A stretch of DNA of 61,470 nt from an uncultured Oceanicoccus sp. (GTDB lineage: Bacteria; Pseudomonadota; Gammaproteobacteria; Pseudomonadales; Dasaniaceae), in NCBI RefSeq assembly GCF_963968385.1, contig NZ_CAXAHB010000001.1, forward strand, positions 1 to 61,470. The letters are read 5' to 3'. Under the pieces are notes generated by a model. It saw only the letters and a program-made list of their open reading frames with translations, was not told the origin of the DNA and did no database searches. A program made the translations under genes and the position numbers. Shown here piece after piece: positions 17,785 through 29,752 of this stretch. The first letter of the stretch is position 1. The number at the start of each line of letters is the position of its first letter.

Positions 17785-18792
17785 ATGGCTTCGCCAATGC
17801 GCATAGCTATTGATTGTATGGGCGGGGACTTTGGTCTCCGCGTTTCCATCCCTGCCGCTGTAACATCCCTTGGTCAATTTTCTGATATCGATCTCACACT
17901 GGTCGGTGATCGGTCTGCTATTGAATCGGCTCTGGCTCCTGCGATGCGAGAGCGTTTTACTATTGTGGATGCTCCCGATGTTGTCTCAATGTCAGACAAG
18001 CCCTCCCATGCCCTGAGGCACAAAACCCAGTCTTCAATGCGTGTTGCCATTGATCTATTGCATGCCAAACAGGTGGATGCGTTGGTCAGTGCGGGTAATA
18101 CTGGCGCCTTAATGGCGATGGGCTGTTATGTGTTAAAAACGCTGCCCGGCATTAGTCGTCCTGCAATTTGTTCTGCAGTGCCCACCGCAACCGGCTATAG
18201 CTATCTGTTAGACCTTGGTGCCAATGTTGATAGTAGTGCTGAACATTTACATCAATTTGCGTTGATGGGTTCGGCATTGGCAACCGCTCTCGATGGTATT
18301 GAAAACCCCCGAGTCGCATTACTCAATATTGGTGAAGAGGCCATTAAGGGTAATGAGCAAGTAAAATTGGCGGACACATTACTTCAGGCTAATCAGCAAT
18401 TAAACTATATTGGTTTTATAGAAGCTGATCAGCTGTTTGCGGCAAGTGCCGATGTGATTGTTGCTGATGGTTTCGTCGGCAATGTGGCATTAAAAGCTTG
18501 TGAAGGTACTGCCAATTATATCTCCTCTATTGTCGATGGCAGTTTTAGGGCGAGCTGGCTGAGTCGTATAGCCGGTTTTTTTGCTTTGCCGATATTAACC
18601 AGTATTTACCAAAAGCTGGATCCCCAGCAATATAATGGCGCCAGTTTTTTAGGCTTACAGGGTGTCGTAGTAAAGAGTCATGGCAGCAGCAATGTAAAAG
18701 GTTTTGTACATGCGATTGGGCAAGCGCGAATGGAAGTTAATAGCAATATGCTGGATATCATTGAACAGCGCCTAGCGGCTTTACCAAAATGA
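17785..18792 (+). CDS. plsX: Phosphate acyltransferase PlsX
   Basis: IAID.MGGDFG, SAGNTGA, LDLGAN, LLNIGEE..KG, DGFVGN..LK, KSHG. Confidence 0.95.
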   Translation: MASPMRIAIDCMGGDFGLRVSIPAAVTSLGQFSDIDLTLVGDRSAIESALAPAMRERFTIVDAPDVVSMSDKPSHALRHKTQSSMRVAIDLLHAKQVDALVSAGNTGALMAMGCYVLKTLPGISRPAICSAVPTATGYSYLLDLGANVDSSAEHLHQFALMGSALATALDGIENPRVALLNIGEEAIKGNEQVKLADTLLQANQQLNYIGFIEADQLFAASADVIVADGFVGNVALKACEGTANYISSIVDGSFRASWLSRIAGFFALPILTSIYQKLDPQQYNGASFLGLQGVVVKSHGSSNVKGFVHAIGQARMEVNSNMLDIIEQRLAALPK

Positions 18793-18828
18793 TGATTAAT
18801 CTGTTGTTAAAGAAAGGATAAACCATTT

Positions 18829-19758
18829 ATGAGTGATCAAACGCTTGCCTTTGTCTTTCCAGGTCAGGGCTCACAAAAAGTGGGTATGTTGGCAGAACTT
18901 GCTGAGCAGCATGCAGTGATTAAAGAAACCTTTAGCGAGGCATCTGATGCATTAGCTTACGATCTTTGGGATCTGATACAAAATGGTCAGCAAGAGCAAT
19001 TAAACCTTACCGAAACAACCCAGCCCATTTTGTTAACCTCCAGTGTCGCGCTATGGCGTGTTTGGCAGCAGCAAGGAGGGGTGCAGCCGTCCGTATTGGC
19101 GGGGCATAGCTTGGGCGAGTTTTCTGCTCTGGTTTGCGCCGGAAGTTTATCTTTTACCGATGCGGTAACATTGGTGCGTGATCGCGGTCAGTTTATGCAA
19201 ACAGCCGTTGCGGTAGGTGAGGGTGCAATGGCAGCCGTGTTGGGTTTGGATGATGACGTGATTGTTGATATCTGTCGGCAAACAGGTGCCGAAGCGGTTA
19301 ACTTTAACTCGCCAGGTCAGGTTGTTATTGCTGGTAAGGTTGCAGCCATAGATCAGGCGATTGATTTGTTAAAACAAGCGGGTGCCAAACGAGCGATGCC
19401 GCTACCGGTAAGCGCTCCTTTCCACACTACATTGATGCGACCTGCTGGCGAAAAATTGGCTGAAAAAGTGGCAGAGCTAACCATTGGCGCTCCAGCTATT
19501 CCTGTGGTTCACAATGTTCATGCGCAGACTGAATCCGATCCGGAAAAAATCAAAACTTTATTGGTCGAGCAAATTTATAGTCCAGTTAAGTGGACTAACT
19601 GTATTCAAACGATGGTGGCGATGGGTATTAGCAAAACATTGGAATGTGGTCCGGGTAAGGTATTGGGCGGTTTAAGTCGTCGTATTGATCGTTCGTTAAC
19701 TAGTTTAAGTATTGAAGATCCTGCCGGTTTAGAAAAATCTTTGGCAGAGTGTCAGTAA
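18829..19758 (+). CDS. fabD: Malonyl-CoA:ACP transacylase
   Basis: FPGQGSQ, AGHSLGE, VSAPFH, E.GPGKVL. Confidence 0.96.
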   Translation: MSDQTLAFVFPGQGSQKVGMLAELAEQHAVIKETFSEASDALAYDLWDLIQNGQQEQLNLTETTQPILLTSSVALWRVWQQQGGVQPSVLAGHSLGEFSALVCAGSLSFTDAVTLVRDRGQFMQTAVAVGEGAMAAVLGLDDDVIVDICRQTGAEAVNFNSPGQVVIAGKVAAIDQAIDLLKQAGAKRAMPLPVSAPFHTTLMRPAGEKLAEKVAELTIGAPAIPVVHNVHAQTESDPEKIKTLLVEQIYSPVKWTNCIQTMVAMGISKTLECGPGKVLGGLSRRIDRSLTSLSIEDPAGLEKSLAECQ

Positions 19759-19774
19759 ATAATGGGAGAGTAAT

Positions 19775-20512
19775 ATGTTGGATAAAGTGGCATTAGTGAC
19801 AGGGGCTAGTCGTGGTATTGGGCAGGCGATCGCTAAGCAGTTGGGCGCAGACGGTTTTACCGTGATTGGTACGGCCACCACGCAAGGTGGTGCAGAAAAA
19901 ATCAGCGCCTATATGGCAGAGGCTAGTGTTGCCGGTGAAGGTATGATACTAAATGTTGCGAATGCTGATTCAGTCGCTGATGTATTAAAAACCATTGCTG
20001 AAAAATATTCGGCGCCTACAGTGTTGGTCAATAATGCCGGTATCACCGAAGATAATCTGTTGATGAGAATGAAAGCCGATGAGTGGGATAATGTGGTGGC
20101 TACCAATTTGACCGCTATTTTTCGTCTCTCCAAGGCCTGTGTTCGCGGTATGTCAAAAGCACGCTGGGGTCGAATTATTAATATTAGTTCTGTGGTGGGT
20201 TCTATGGGTAATGCCGGTCAGTCCAACTATGCCGCGACCAAGGCTGGTATGGAAGGTTTTTCCCGCTCCTTGGCCAAAGAGCTTGGCTCTCGTAATATTA
20301 CAGTTAACTCGGTAGCCCCTGGTTTTATTGATACCGATATGACCAAAGAACTACCGGAAGATAACAAAACCCAGATGTTGTCACAGATCCCGTTGTCCCG
20401 TTTGGGGCGGCCTGAGGAGATTGCTGGTGTGGTTGGCTTTCTTGCGGGTGACGCTGGGGGTTATATTACCGGTGAGACCATCCATGTTAATGGTGGCATG
20501 TATATGGGCTAA
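19775..20512 (+). CDS. fabG: 3-oxoacyl-ACP reductase
   Basis: TGASRGIG, NNAGIT.DNL..RMK, NYAATK, PGFIDTDMT, VNGGMYM. Confidence 0.96.
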   Translation: MLDKVALVTGASRGIGQAIAKQLGADGFTVIGTATTQGGAEKISAYMAEASVAGEGMILNVANADSVADVLKTIAEKYSAPTVLVNNAGITEDNLLMRMKADEWDNVVATNLTAIFRLSKACVRGMSKARWGRIINISSVVGSMGNAGQSNYAATKAGMEGFSRSLAKELGSRNITVNSVAPGFIDTDMTKELPEDNKTQMLSQIPLSRLGRPEEIAGVVGFLAGDAGGYITGETIHVNGGMYMG

Positions 20513-20734
20513 GCAACTGAAATATAAGGCTTTATTAATTTTTTGACCGTTTTAATTAAGGTTTTTTAGAAAACCGTGGTACACAGCCTATAAAATCGAG
20601 TAGAATGCCCGCCGAAAATCAGTAGTAATGTAGGTATTGGCTATACTCACTAAGATTTGGTTTTCGTAGCTGAAAGCTGAAACAACAACGTCTAACTATT
20701 TATAGCATGATCAAAACAGGAGTCGATTACGACC

Positions 20735-20971
20735 ATGAGCAGCATTGAAGAGCGCGTAAAAAAAATTGTTGCAGAGCAACTAGGTGTTAAAGAAGATGAA
20801 GTACAAACCTCAGCCTCTTTTGTAGAAGATCTGGGTGCAGATTCTCTAGACACCGTTGAATTGGTAATGGCTCTGGAAGAAGAATTCGAAACTGAAATTC
20901 CTGATGAAGAAGCCGAGCAAATTACTACTGTTCAGTTGGCTATCGATTACATCAACAAAAATCTGGGCTAA
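20735..20971 (+). CDS. acpP: Acyl carrier protein
   Basis: [20 protein letters not shown]. Confidence 0.98.
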   Translation: MSSIEERVKKIVAEQLGVKEDEVQTSASFVEDLGADSLDTVELVMALEEEFETEIPDEEAEQITTVQLAIDYINKNLG

Positions 20972-21003
20972 GTTCTCGTCTGCCTAGCTGATGCAAGAGT
21001 TTT

Positions 21004-21039
21004 AAAAAGCCGTTCTATTTATAATAGAACGGCTTTTTT
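21004..21039 (+). terminator. Terminator after acpP
   Basis: AAAAAGCCGTTCTATT-tat-AATAGAACGGCTTTTT perfect stem. Confidence 0.85.
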
Positions 21040-21148
21040 ATAGGGCTTTATGTTGCAAATGGTTAAATGCGTATTATTGTTAGAGATGCCTTATTCGTAT
21101 AATTCTTGTCTTTAGTTTTTTGTGTCGAGCATTGCATAGGGGGTGGTC

Positions 21149-22390
21149 GTGTCAAAGCGAAGAGTAGTAATCACTGGTTTGGGTTTGATCACACCAGTAG
21201 GGAATGATGTAAAAACTACTTGGCAAAACATCCTTGATGGGCAAAGCGGGATTGGTCCGTTGAAACATTTTGATGTTGCTGCTTATGGTACACGTTTTGG
21301 TGGTTCGATAAAGGATTTTGATGTTACAGCATATATCAGCGCGAAAGATGCTCGCAAGATGGATGCCTTTATTCAATATGGCATGGTTGCAGCTATTCAG
21401 GCGATTGAAGATGCCGGTCTGAAAGTGACCGAGGAAAATGCCAATCGTATCGGCGTGGCCATTGGTTCGGGCATTGGTGGCGTAAGCTATATTGAAAATA
21501 ATCATCAAAAACTGATTAATAGCGGCCCTAAGAAAATCTCACCTTTTTTTGTTCCCGGTGCTGTGATTAATATGGTGGCGGGAAACCTATCCATTAAATA
21601 TGGTTTGCAGGGGCCTAACTTTGCTATCACCACCGCTTGCACCAGCGGTACACATAATATTGGTCACGCGGCTCGTGTCATTGCTTATGGTGATGCCGAT
21701 GCTATGGTGGCCGGTGGTTCTGAGATGTCATCAACACCTTTGGGCCTAGGTGGTTTTTCCGCAGCTCGCGCCTTGTCGACCCGCAATGATGATCCGCAAC
21801 GCGCCAGCCGTCCTTGGGATAGAGATCGTGATGGTTTTGTCCTTTCCGATGGAGCCGGTATGTTGGTGTTAGAAGAGTATGAAAGTGCCAAGGCACGTGG
21901 GGCCAATATATATGCCGAGCTGGCTGGATTTGGCATGAGTGGTGATGCCTATCATATAACCTCACCCCCTGAAGATGGTCGTGGTGCCGCTGAGGCCATG
22001 CGTAATGCCATGTTTGATGCAGGTATTAATAACGATCAATTAAATTATATTAATGCTCACGGGACATCGACACCGGCGGGCGATATTGCCGAAAGCAAAG
22101 CGATAGAATCTGTATTAGGTGATGCAGCAAATAATGTAGCAGTCAGTTCGACTAAATCCATGATCGGTCATTTGTTAGGTGCAGCCGGCGCCGTAGAGGC
22201 GGTGTTCTCTGTTTTAGCTATTCGGGATCAAGTGGCCCCGCCGACTATTAATTTAGATAACCCCAGTGAGGGTTGTGATCTAAACTATGTGCCGCATACA
22301 GCGCAAGAAATGACGATTAACTACGCCTTGTCCAACTCCTTTGGTTTTGGTGGAACCAACGGTAGTTTATTGTTTAGCAGATTAAGCTAG
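21149..22390 (+). CDS. fabF: Beta-ketoacyl-ACP synthase II
   Basis: [43 protein letters not shown]; GTG start after AGGGGG. Confidence 0.96.
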   Translation: MSKRRVVITGLGLITPVGNDVKTTWQNILDGQSGIGPLKHFDVAAYGTRFGGSIKDFDVTAYISAKDARKMDAFIQYGMVAAIQAIEDAGLKVTEENANRIGVAIGSGIGGVSYIENNHQKLINSGPKKISPFFVPGAVINMVAGNLSIKYGLQGPNFAITTACTSGTHNIGHAARVIAYGDADAMVAGGSEMSSTPLGLGGFSAARALSTRNDDPQRASRPWDRDRDGFVLSDGAGMLVLEEYESAKARGANIYAELAGFGMSGDAYHITSPPEDGRGAAEAMRNAMFDAGINNDQLNYINAHGTSTPAGDIAESKAIESVLGDAANNVAVSSTKSMIGHLLGAAGAVEAVFSVLAIRDQVAPPTINLDNPSEGCDLNYVPHTAQEMTINYALSNSFGFGGTNGSLLFSRLS

Positions 22391-22400
22391 ATATTTATTC

Positions 22401-23229
22401 ATGCCTCTTGAAGCGTTAGTCAATGGTAATTTTTGTTCCTCTGTTGATGTGAATGATAGAGGTCTTGCCTATGGTGATGGTCTTTTTGAAACAATAAAAA
22501 TAACTCAGGGCCACCCAGAATTTTTGTCACTTCATATAGAGCGACTTCAACTGGGCTGTTCTCGACTCGGTATTTCTTTTTGTTTGCAAACCATAAAGCA
22601 CGATATAGAAAAAATACTGCCAACGGTTACTAAAGAAACGGCAGTATTAAAAATCATTATCACTAGGAAGTTTACTGGCAGAGGTTACAAGCCCGATAGT
22701 CAGGCCGGTTTTAATCGCATACTAACGGTTGAGCTTTTGACTAACGATTATGCTATTGAGCAGAGTCAGGGCATAGCGGTTAGACTTTGTGATACCAGGC
22801 TAGGGGTCAATCCCCAGCTGGCTGGCATTAAACATTTGTCACGCTTGGAGAATGTGCTTGCTCGCGGGGAATGGAGTGATACGGGTATTGCCGAAGGCTT
22901 AATGCTTGACACCGATGGTCGTTTAGTTGAAGGCACCATGTCTAATATTTTTGTTGTTAAAGATAAGGTGTTGTTAACCCCTAGCCTCTATCGTTGTGGT
23001 GTGAATGGTGTAATCAGGCAGGTCGTTATTAATCAGCTAGCACAACAATTAGCGTTATCATGCCAAGTGGCGGATTTAACTATAGACGATATATATCATT
23101 CCCAAGAGGTATTTATCTGCAATAGTTTGATGGGGTTAATTCCAGTGGTGGCTATCGGTTGTCATGCAAAAAGCGTCGGTTATATTACTCAATCATTGCA
23201 GCAAGCCTTGCTTCGAGAGAGTGAAGTGC

Positions 23230-23237
<8 letters not shown>
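22401..23237 (+). CDS. pabC: Aminodeoxychorismate lyase
   Basis: DRGLAYGDGLFET, LAGIKHL.RLE.VLA, EGT.SNIF; fabF-pabC-mltG synteny. Confidence 0.9.
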
Positions 23238-24958
<1,721 letters not shown>

Positions 24959-24959
<1 letters not shown>

Positions 24960-25948
24960 TGAATTTAGCGGGCGGTCCCCTGGCAATAAAGCTCCCTTGG
25001 CAGCAACAGCAATGGCAGCGTGTTGATGATTTGTTTCAGCATAACAAGCTACCCCATGCATTATTATTGGCAGGGCCCGCCGGGGTAGGTAAGCAGCGCT
25101 TTGCCTTGGCGTTGGCACAGTATCTGATGTGTGAGTCGCCTCAGCAGGGTATGGCCTGTGGTCAGTGCCGTCAGTGTGGGTTTAATTTGGCAGGCACTCA
25201 TCCGGATTTAAAATGGGTGACTCCTGAAGAAAAATCCAAGCATATCAAAATCGATCAGGTTCGGGCTCTCGTTGAATCCCTAGGGCAAACCGCACAGCAG
25301 GCCGGTTATAAGATTTGTATTCTCTTACCTGCCGAGACAATGAATATCAATTCGGCCAATGCTTTACTGAAGAGTCTTGAAGAGCCGGCCGCCAATACGT
25401 TGTTGTTACTGCTGACTGATGCGCCAAGCCAGTTACTGCCGACTATTCGCTCCCGATGCCAACGAATTGATTTTCCGTTACCGTCCAAGCAGCAGAGCCT
25501 AGATTGGCTAAGCACTCATGTGCCTGCTCAAACACCGGTTGAGGCGTTGCTACATGAGTCTGCCAATCGTCCCTTAGCGGCTTTAGCCTTGCTTGAAAAT
25601 GAGGGTATGGAACGGCTCCAGCAATGGAGTCAAGACTATCTGGCGCTAATTGCTGGGCAGCTATCGGCGTTGAGTTTGGCTGAAAAATGGTTGGAGTATG
25701 ATTTGGGCGAAGTATTGACTTGGCTTTCAAGAAAGCTTTCTCGTGTTATTGCTGGTCATGTTGCCGGAGCCATAGATGTCGATGAGAATTGGCAGCAATT
25801 AACCGCGAGTGTTAATCCGCAGAGTTTATTTAATCTGTTAGATGCAGTGAACGAGCTTGTCGATAAGCTTAATAGAGGGGCTAATCCCAATCGTCAGCTA
25901 GCTTTGGAAGCATTATTATTGGAAAGTTGTGACAAGCTTCGTAGCTAA
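24959..25948 (+). CDS. holB: DNA polymerase III delta' subunit
   Basis: HALLL.G..G.GK, CG.CRQC, HPD, IKIDQVR, ANALLKSLEEP, LLPTIRSRC. Confidence 0.94.
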
Positions 25949-26043
25949 AAACGCTAAAAATAATATGACCATTTATCAGTGGGCTATTTATTAGCGGATG
26001 ATCTATCATCGGGCTATGCCTTTTTATATTCATTGAGAGAACT

Positions 26044-26817
26044 ATGTTTGTCGACTCCCATTGTCATCTAGATCGTTTGGATTTAACGCCTTATGAAGGC
26101 GATCTTTCTGCGGCAATTGAAGCTGCTAGAGCCTGCGGCGTTGAGCGGATGTTATGTATCGGTGTGGATATGAATAACGCACAAACCGTTATTGATATTG
26201 CTGCTGGTTACGAGGGTATCAATGCTTCAGTTGGTGTGCACCCCATGGATGTGAATGATCAATTGGTGGATATCGATGATTTGCGTGCTCTGGCGCTAGC
26301 ACCTGAAGTGATCGCCATAGGTGAAACGGGTTTGGATTATTACTATTCTCAAGATAGTGTTGAGATTCAGCGTGAGAGTTTTGCCTTGCATCTGCGCCTA
26401 TCAAGCGAGTTAAAAAAGCCCGTGATTGTGCATACCCGTGATGCTCGTGAGGATACGATCGCTAGTATTCGTCAGCATGGTGATAGTTCGGTGGCAGGGG
26501 TACTCCATTGTTTTACCGAAAGTTGGGATATGGCCTCGCAAGCGCTAGACGAGAATTATTACATCTCTTTTTCAGGTATTGTCACTTTTAAGAATGCGGC
26601 CGCATTGCGTGAGGTGGCCAGAAAGGTGCCGCTGGATCGGATGTTAATTGAAACCGATTCCCCCTACTTAGCGCCGGTGCCTTATCGCGGCAAAAAAAAT
26701 GAGCCGAAATATGTTGTTGAAGTCGCCAAGTGTATTGCAGAGCTTCGAGGTGTGTCGGTGGCTGAGGTGGCTGAGATAACCACCGCTAATTTTGACAAGC
26801 TATTCTTTGCCTCATAA
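26044..26817 (+). CDS. TatD family hydrolase (YcfH-type)
   Basis: DSHCHL, GVHP, IGETGLDY, VHTR.A, GVLHCF, ETDSPYLAPVPYRGK.NEP. Confidence 0.93.
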   Translation: MFVDSHCHLDRLDLTPYEGDLSAAIEAARACGVERMLCIGVDMNNAQTVIDIAAGYEGINASVGVHPMDVNDQLVDIDDLRALALAPEVIAIGETGLDYYYSQDSVEIQRESFALHLRLSSELKKPVIVHTRDAREDTIASIRQHGDSSVAGVLHCFTESWDMASQALDENYYISFSGIVTFKNAAALREVARKVPLDRMLIETDSPYLAPVPYRGKKNEPKYVVEVAKCIAELRGVSVAEVAEITTANFDKLFFAS

Positions 26818-26905
26818 AAATTGACCTATAGGCTTTTACTGAATAAGCAGTAGTTTTAATGTTCAAGGTGCTTGTGTAACATGGATGTTGGTTTTGAGAA
26901 TAAAA

Positions 26906-27979
26906 ATGACCATGGGCGATTTTTTTTACGGAGTAATAGAAGGTTTTTATGGCCGCCAATGGTCTTGGCAGGTTAGGAAGGATTACGCCGCTTTTCTAAA
27001 ACAATATGGCTATGATTGTTATATCTACGCACCGAAAGGCGATGCCTTCTTGCGCAGTCGGTGGCGCGAGTCGCATGACCAGTCAGTGTTAGATCAGCTC
27101 GCTAGTCTTGCTTCCTGTTACCAAAAACATCAACTGCGTTGGGGGCTGGGGCTTTCTCCCTTAGGTTTAGGCGAGTTCTATACGGCAATTGATAAGCGTC
27201 AGTTAGTGGACAAGGTTAAATGCCTTAATGAACTATCGCCCGATATACTCTGCATTCTGTTTGATGATATTCGTGGCGATATTGATGGGCTGGCAGCTAG
27301 GCAGCTTGAAATTACCGCTGATATTATCGAAGCAAGTACCGCAGGCCAGCATATTGTTTGCCCAACGTATTATAGTTTTGATCCAGTTTTGGAGCAGGTG
27401 TTTGGGCCAATGCCGGAAGGTTATTTGCATCAACTGGGCGCTGGGCTTCCAGCCGAAGTGGGGGTGTTTTGGACGGGGCAGAAAGTTATCACCAGCCAAT
27501 ACACCGCCGAGGAGATAAAGACAGTGGCGGATATGCTCTGTCGCAAGCCAGTTATCTGGGATAACTTCTCGGTTAATGACGGCAAGCAAACCAGTGATCA
27601 TCTCCACCTCCAAGCTTATACTGGCCGCGGTCATCAGATGGCGCAATGGTGTCGAGGGCATTTAATTAACCCTATGAACCAGCCTCTATTATCACAACTC
27701 CCTTTGCAGACCCTGCAAGCTGTCTATCAGCAGCAGGCTGGGTATAATCCCATGCTTGCGCTTAAGCAAAGTCTGGCATCGCTGGACAATAGTGGGTTGG
27801 CTAGCTTACTGGCCAACGATATTGAGATATTCCAGTTTGATGGTTTGACTGGTCTGTCTGCAGATGAGTTGGCAGAAAAGAGCCGTTTGTATCAAGCGGT
27901 CAAACACCCAGTAGCGGATGAGGTGGTTGACTGGCTAAATGGCGGTTATCGTTTTGATCCCGAGTGTTTAACCGGATAG
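26906..27979 (+). CDS. GH84 beta-N-acetylglucosaminidase (O-GlcNAcase-like), stand-alone catalytic domain
   Basis: GVIEGFYG..W, YIYAPK.D, LFDD (catalytic Asp-Asp), CPT.Y, WTG..V, IWDN..VND, NPMNQ; no signal peptide. Confidence 0.85.
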   Translation: MTMGDFFYGVIEGFYGRQWSWQVRKDYAAFLKQYGYDCYIYAPKGDAFLRSRWRESHDQSVLDQLASLASCYQKHQLRWGLGLSPLGLGEFYTAIDKRQLVDKVKCLNELSPDILCILFDDIRGDIDGLAARQLEITADIIEASTAGQHIVCPTYYSFDPVLEQVFGPMPEGYLHQLGAGLPAEVGVFWTGQKVITSQYTAEEIKTVADMLCRKPVIWDNFSVNDGKQTSDHLHLQAYTGRGHQMAQWCRGHLINPMNQPLLSQLPLQTLQAVYQQQAGYNPMLALKQSLASLDNSGLASLLANDIEIFQFDGLTGLSADELAEKSRLYQAVKHPVADEVVDWLNGGYRFDPECLTG

Positions 27980-28019
27980 CTTGGTTAAGCCTGACCCAAA
28001 AAAATATTGATATTTATTT

Positions 28020-29399
28020 ATGCTTATATGCTCCTTAATTGATACTGATCGGGCCAATCCCGAGTCTGTTCTTGACAGTCATATTCAGCAGCTGGCCGAT
28101 GAAAAAAAGTCCTTGCTGTTGGTGACTTATCCCTTTGAGCAATACTGGTTAGAAAATCAGCCAGTGCTGCGCCTGTTGGCAATATACTGTTTGACTGTAG
28201 AAGGTGGTACTGTCGATATTGAATTTACCGTCACGGAATTCAGTCAACAGGTTGTCAGCTCAATACAATCAATTAAAGCCGACATTGATTTTTCGCAATG
28301 GTGTCATGCTCAATTTCTACCGGTATTGTCGCCAGATAGGCCTGTACCATTACTGAGTTTGAATATCCCAAAACCCTGGGGGCAGGAGATTTGGTATACT
28401 GGCATAGAGCAGCGGGGAGTAGCCGTTGCTGGCTATAAAACCTATCAGGCATCACTGCCCTATGTTCTGTCAGCATTGCCTGAGCGACTTTGCGCTGCGC
28501 AGCAACGCTCCCTCATATTATTAAAGATCCTAGACCCGTTGCCTGAAGAAGTGTTGGGCGATCTATACTTTGAGTTGCATCAGGAAAAACGTGAGGTTTA
28601 CGTTGTTACTCACATCGATAAGACCGCGTGGCCGGCAGGGAAGGGCGGGATAAAGTTTGGCTTTAATCAAGATAAACGCCAAAGTTTTGTTTCCGAGACT
28701 GAGTTTCGGGCAGGTTTTGCCGAGGCGGTTAAACGCTATGAAGTTTGTCGCCGGCAAGTGGATACCTTAATTGACGCCATGCGGGTCAAAGAGGGCTACG
28801 GTTTGAATGAGCCGGTCTCTGCCAAAATGCTATCAGGATGGCTTGCCAATATTCCCGATCAGCTTGCACAACAGGAGAAGGCACTACGTGCCGATATGGA
28901 TGCTTTTACCGAAACCTTACCACTGTCAGTTGGAGATGTGGTCAAAGTACCATGTCTAACACCACACTCGCTGCAGCATGGGGTTAGAACCGTAGAATTT
29001 CAAACCCCTGTGTATGAGCGATTAATCCTTTCTTTTGCTCAAAAGGTACTGACCCAACAGCAATGGGATACCGAAGCTGCAGTAGAGTTAATGTCGATTG
29101 AGCCAGAGCCGCAGGATTCCCACTTATCTCTTTATAAATCAGAGGGCATTAATATTGAGCGAATTGTCGATTTCGATGATTTTCAGGTGCAAAGAATCAC
29201 TCTAGCCGGCGGTATTGAATATAGACTGCCAGCGGCTGAAAGTTATGGTCTATTGATGGCCATAGACGAAGGTCTAGTTGTTAGTGGTAGTGCATTGGCG
29301 CCAGAGCGCGCTGTCCTAATTCCAAAGGCGTTAGCGGAGGTGGAGTTGGTGAATACTTCACCAGAAAAAAACACCTTTTTGCTAGCCTACCCCAATTAA
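28020..29399 (+). CDS. Cupin protein, type I phosphomannose-isomerase-like
   Basis: PKPWGQE.W, LLKILD, ELH..K.EVY, PH.L..G....EFQ resemble PMI/cupin metal-binding motifs, with a long helical insertion. Confidence 0.55.
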   Translation: MLICSLIDTDRANPESVLDSHIQQLADEKKSLLLVTYPFEQYWLENQPVLRLLAIYCLTVEGGTVDIEFTVTEFSQQVVSSIQSIKADIDFSQWCHAQFLPVLSPDRPVPLLSLNIPKPWGQEIWYTGIEQRGVAVAGYKTYQASLPYVLSALPERLCAAQQRSLILLKILDPLPEEVLGDLYFELHQEKREVYVVTHIDKTAWPAGKGGIKFGFNQDKRQSFVSETEFRAGFAEAVKRYEVCRRQVDTLIDAMRVKEGYGLNEPVSAKMLSGWLANIPDQLAQQEKALRADMDAFTETLPLSVGDVVKVPCLTPHSLQHGVRTVEFQTPVYERLILSFAQKVLTQQQWDTEAAVELMSIEPEPQDSHLSLYKSEGINIERIVDFDDFQVQRITLAGGIEYRLPAAESYGLLMAIDEGLVVSGSALAPERAVLIPKALAEVELVNTSPEKNTFLLAYPN

Positions 29400-29587
29400 T
29401 GGGTTAAATCGCCATAATGTTCTAAAACGCTCCCATAAGACTGTTGAACCGGTCTCCGCATTGTGGCAGAATCAGCGCCCCTGTGATTGAGGTTAGTTGC
29501 TTAAATTTCATCGATTAACAATAAAATTCAATTGCTTAGTAGATTTAGCTCAAGTTGTTTAAACTTGGCATATACCGTTTTCGGTAT

Positions 29588-29672
<85 letters not shown>

Positions 29673-29752
29673 TTTATTTTAACATCACCTATCAGTGATT
29701 GTCCCACTAAGGCGCACTTAGTTAAGACGTCAGCGGGGCTAGAGGAATCTCC

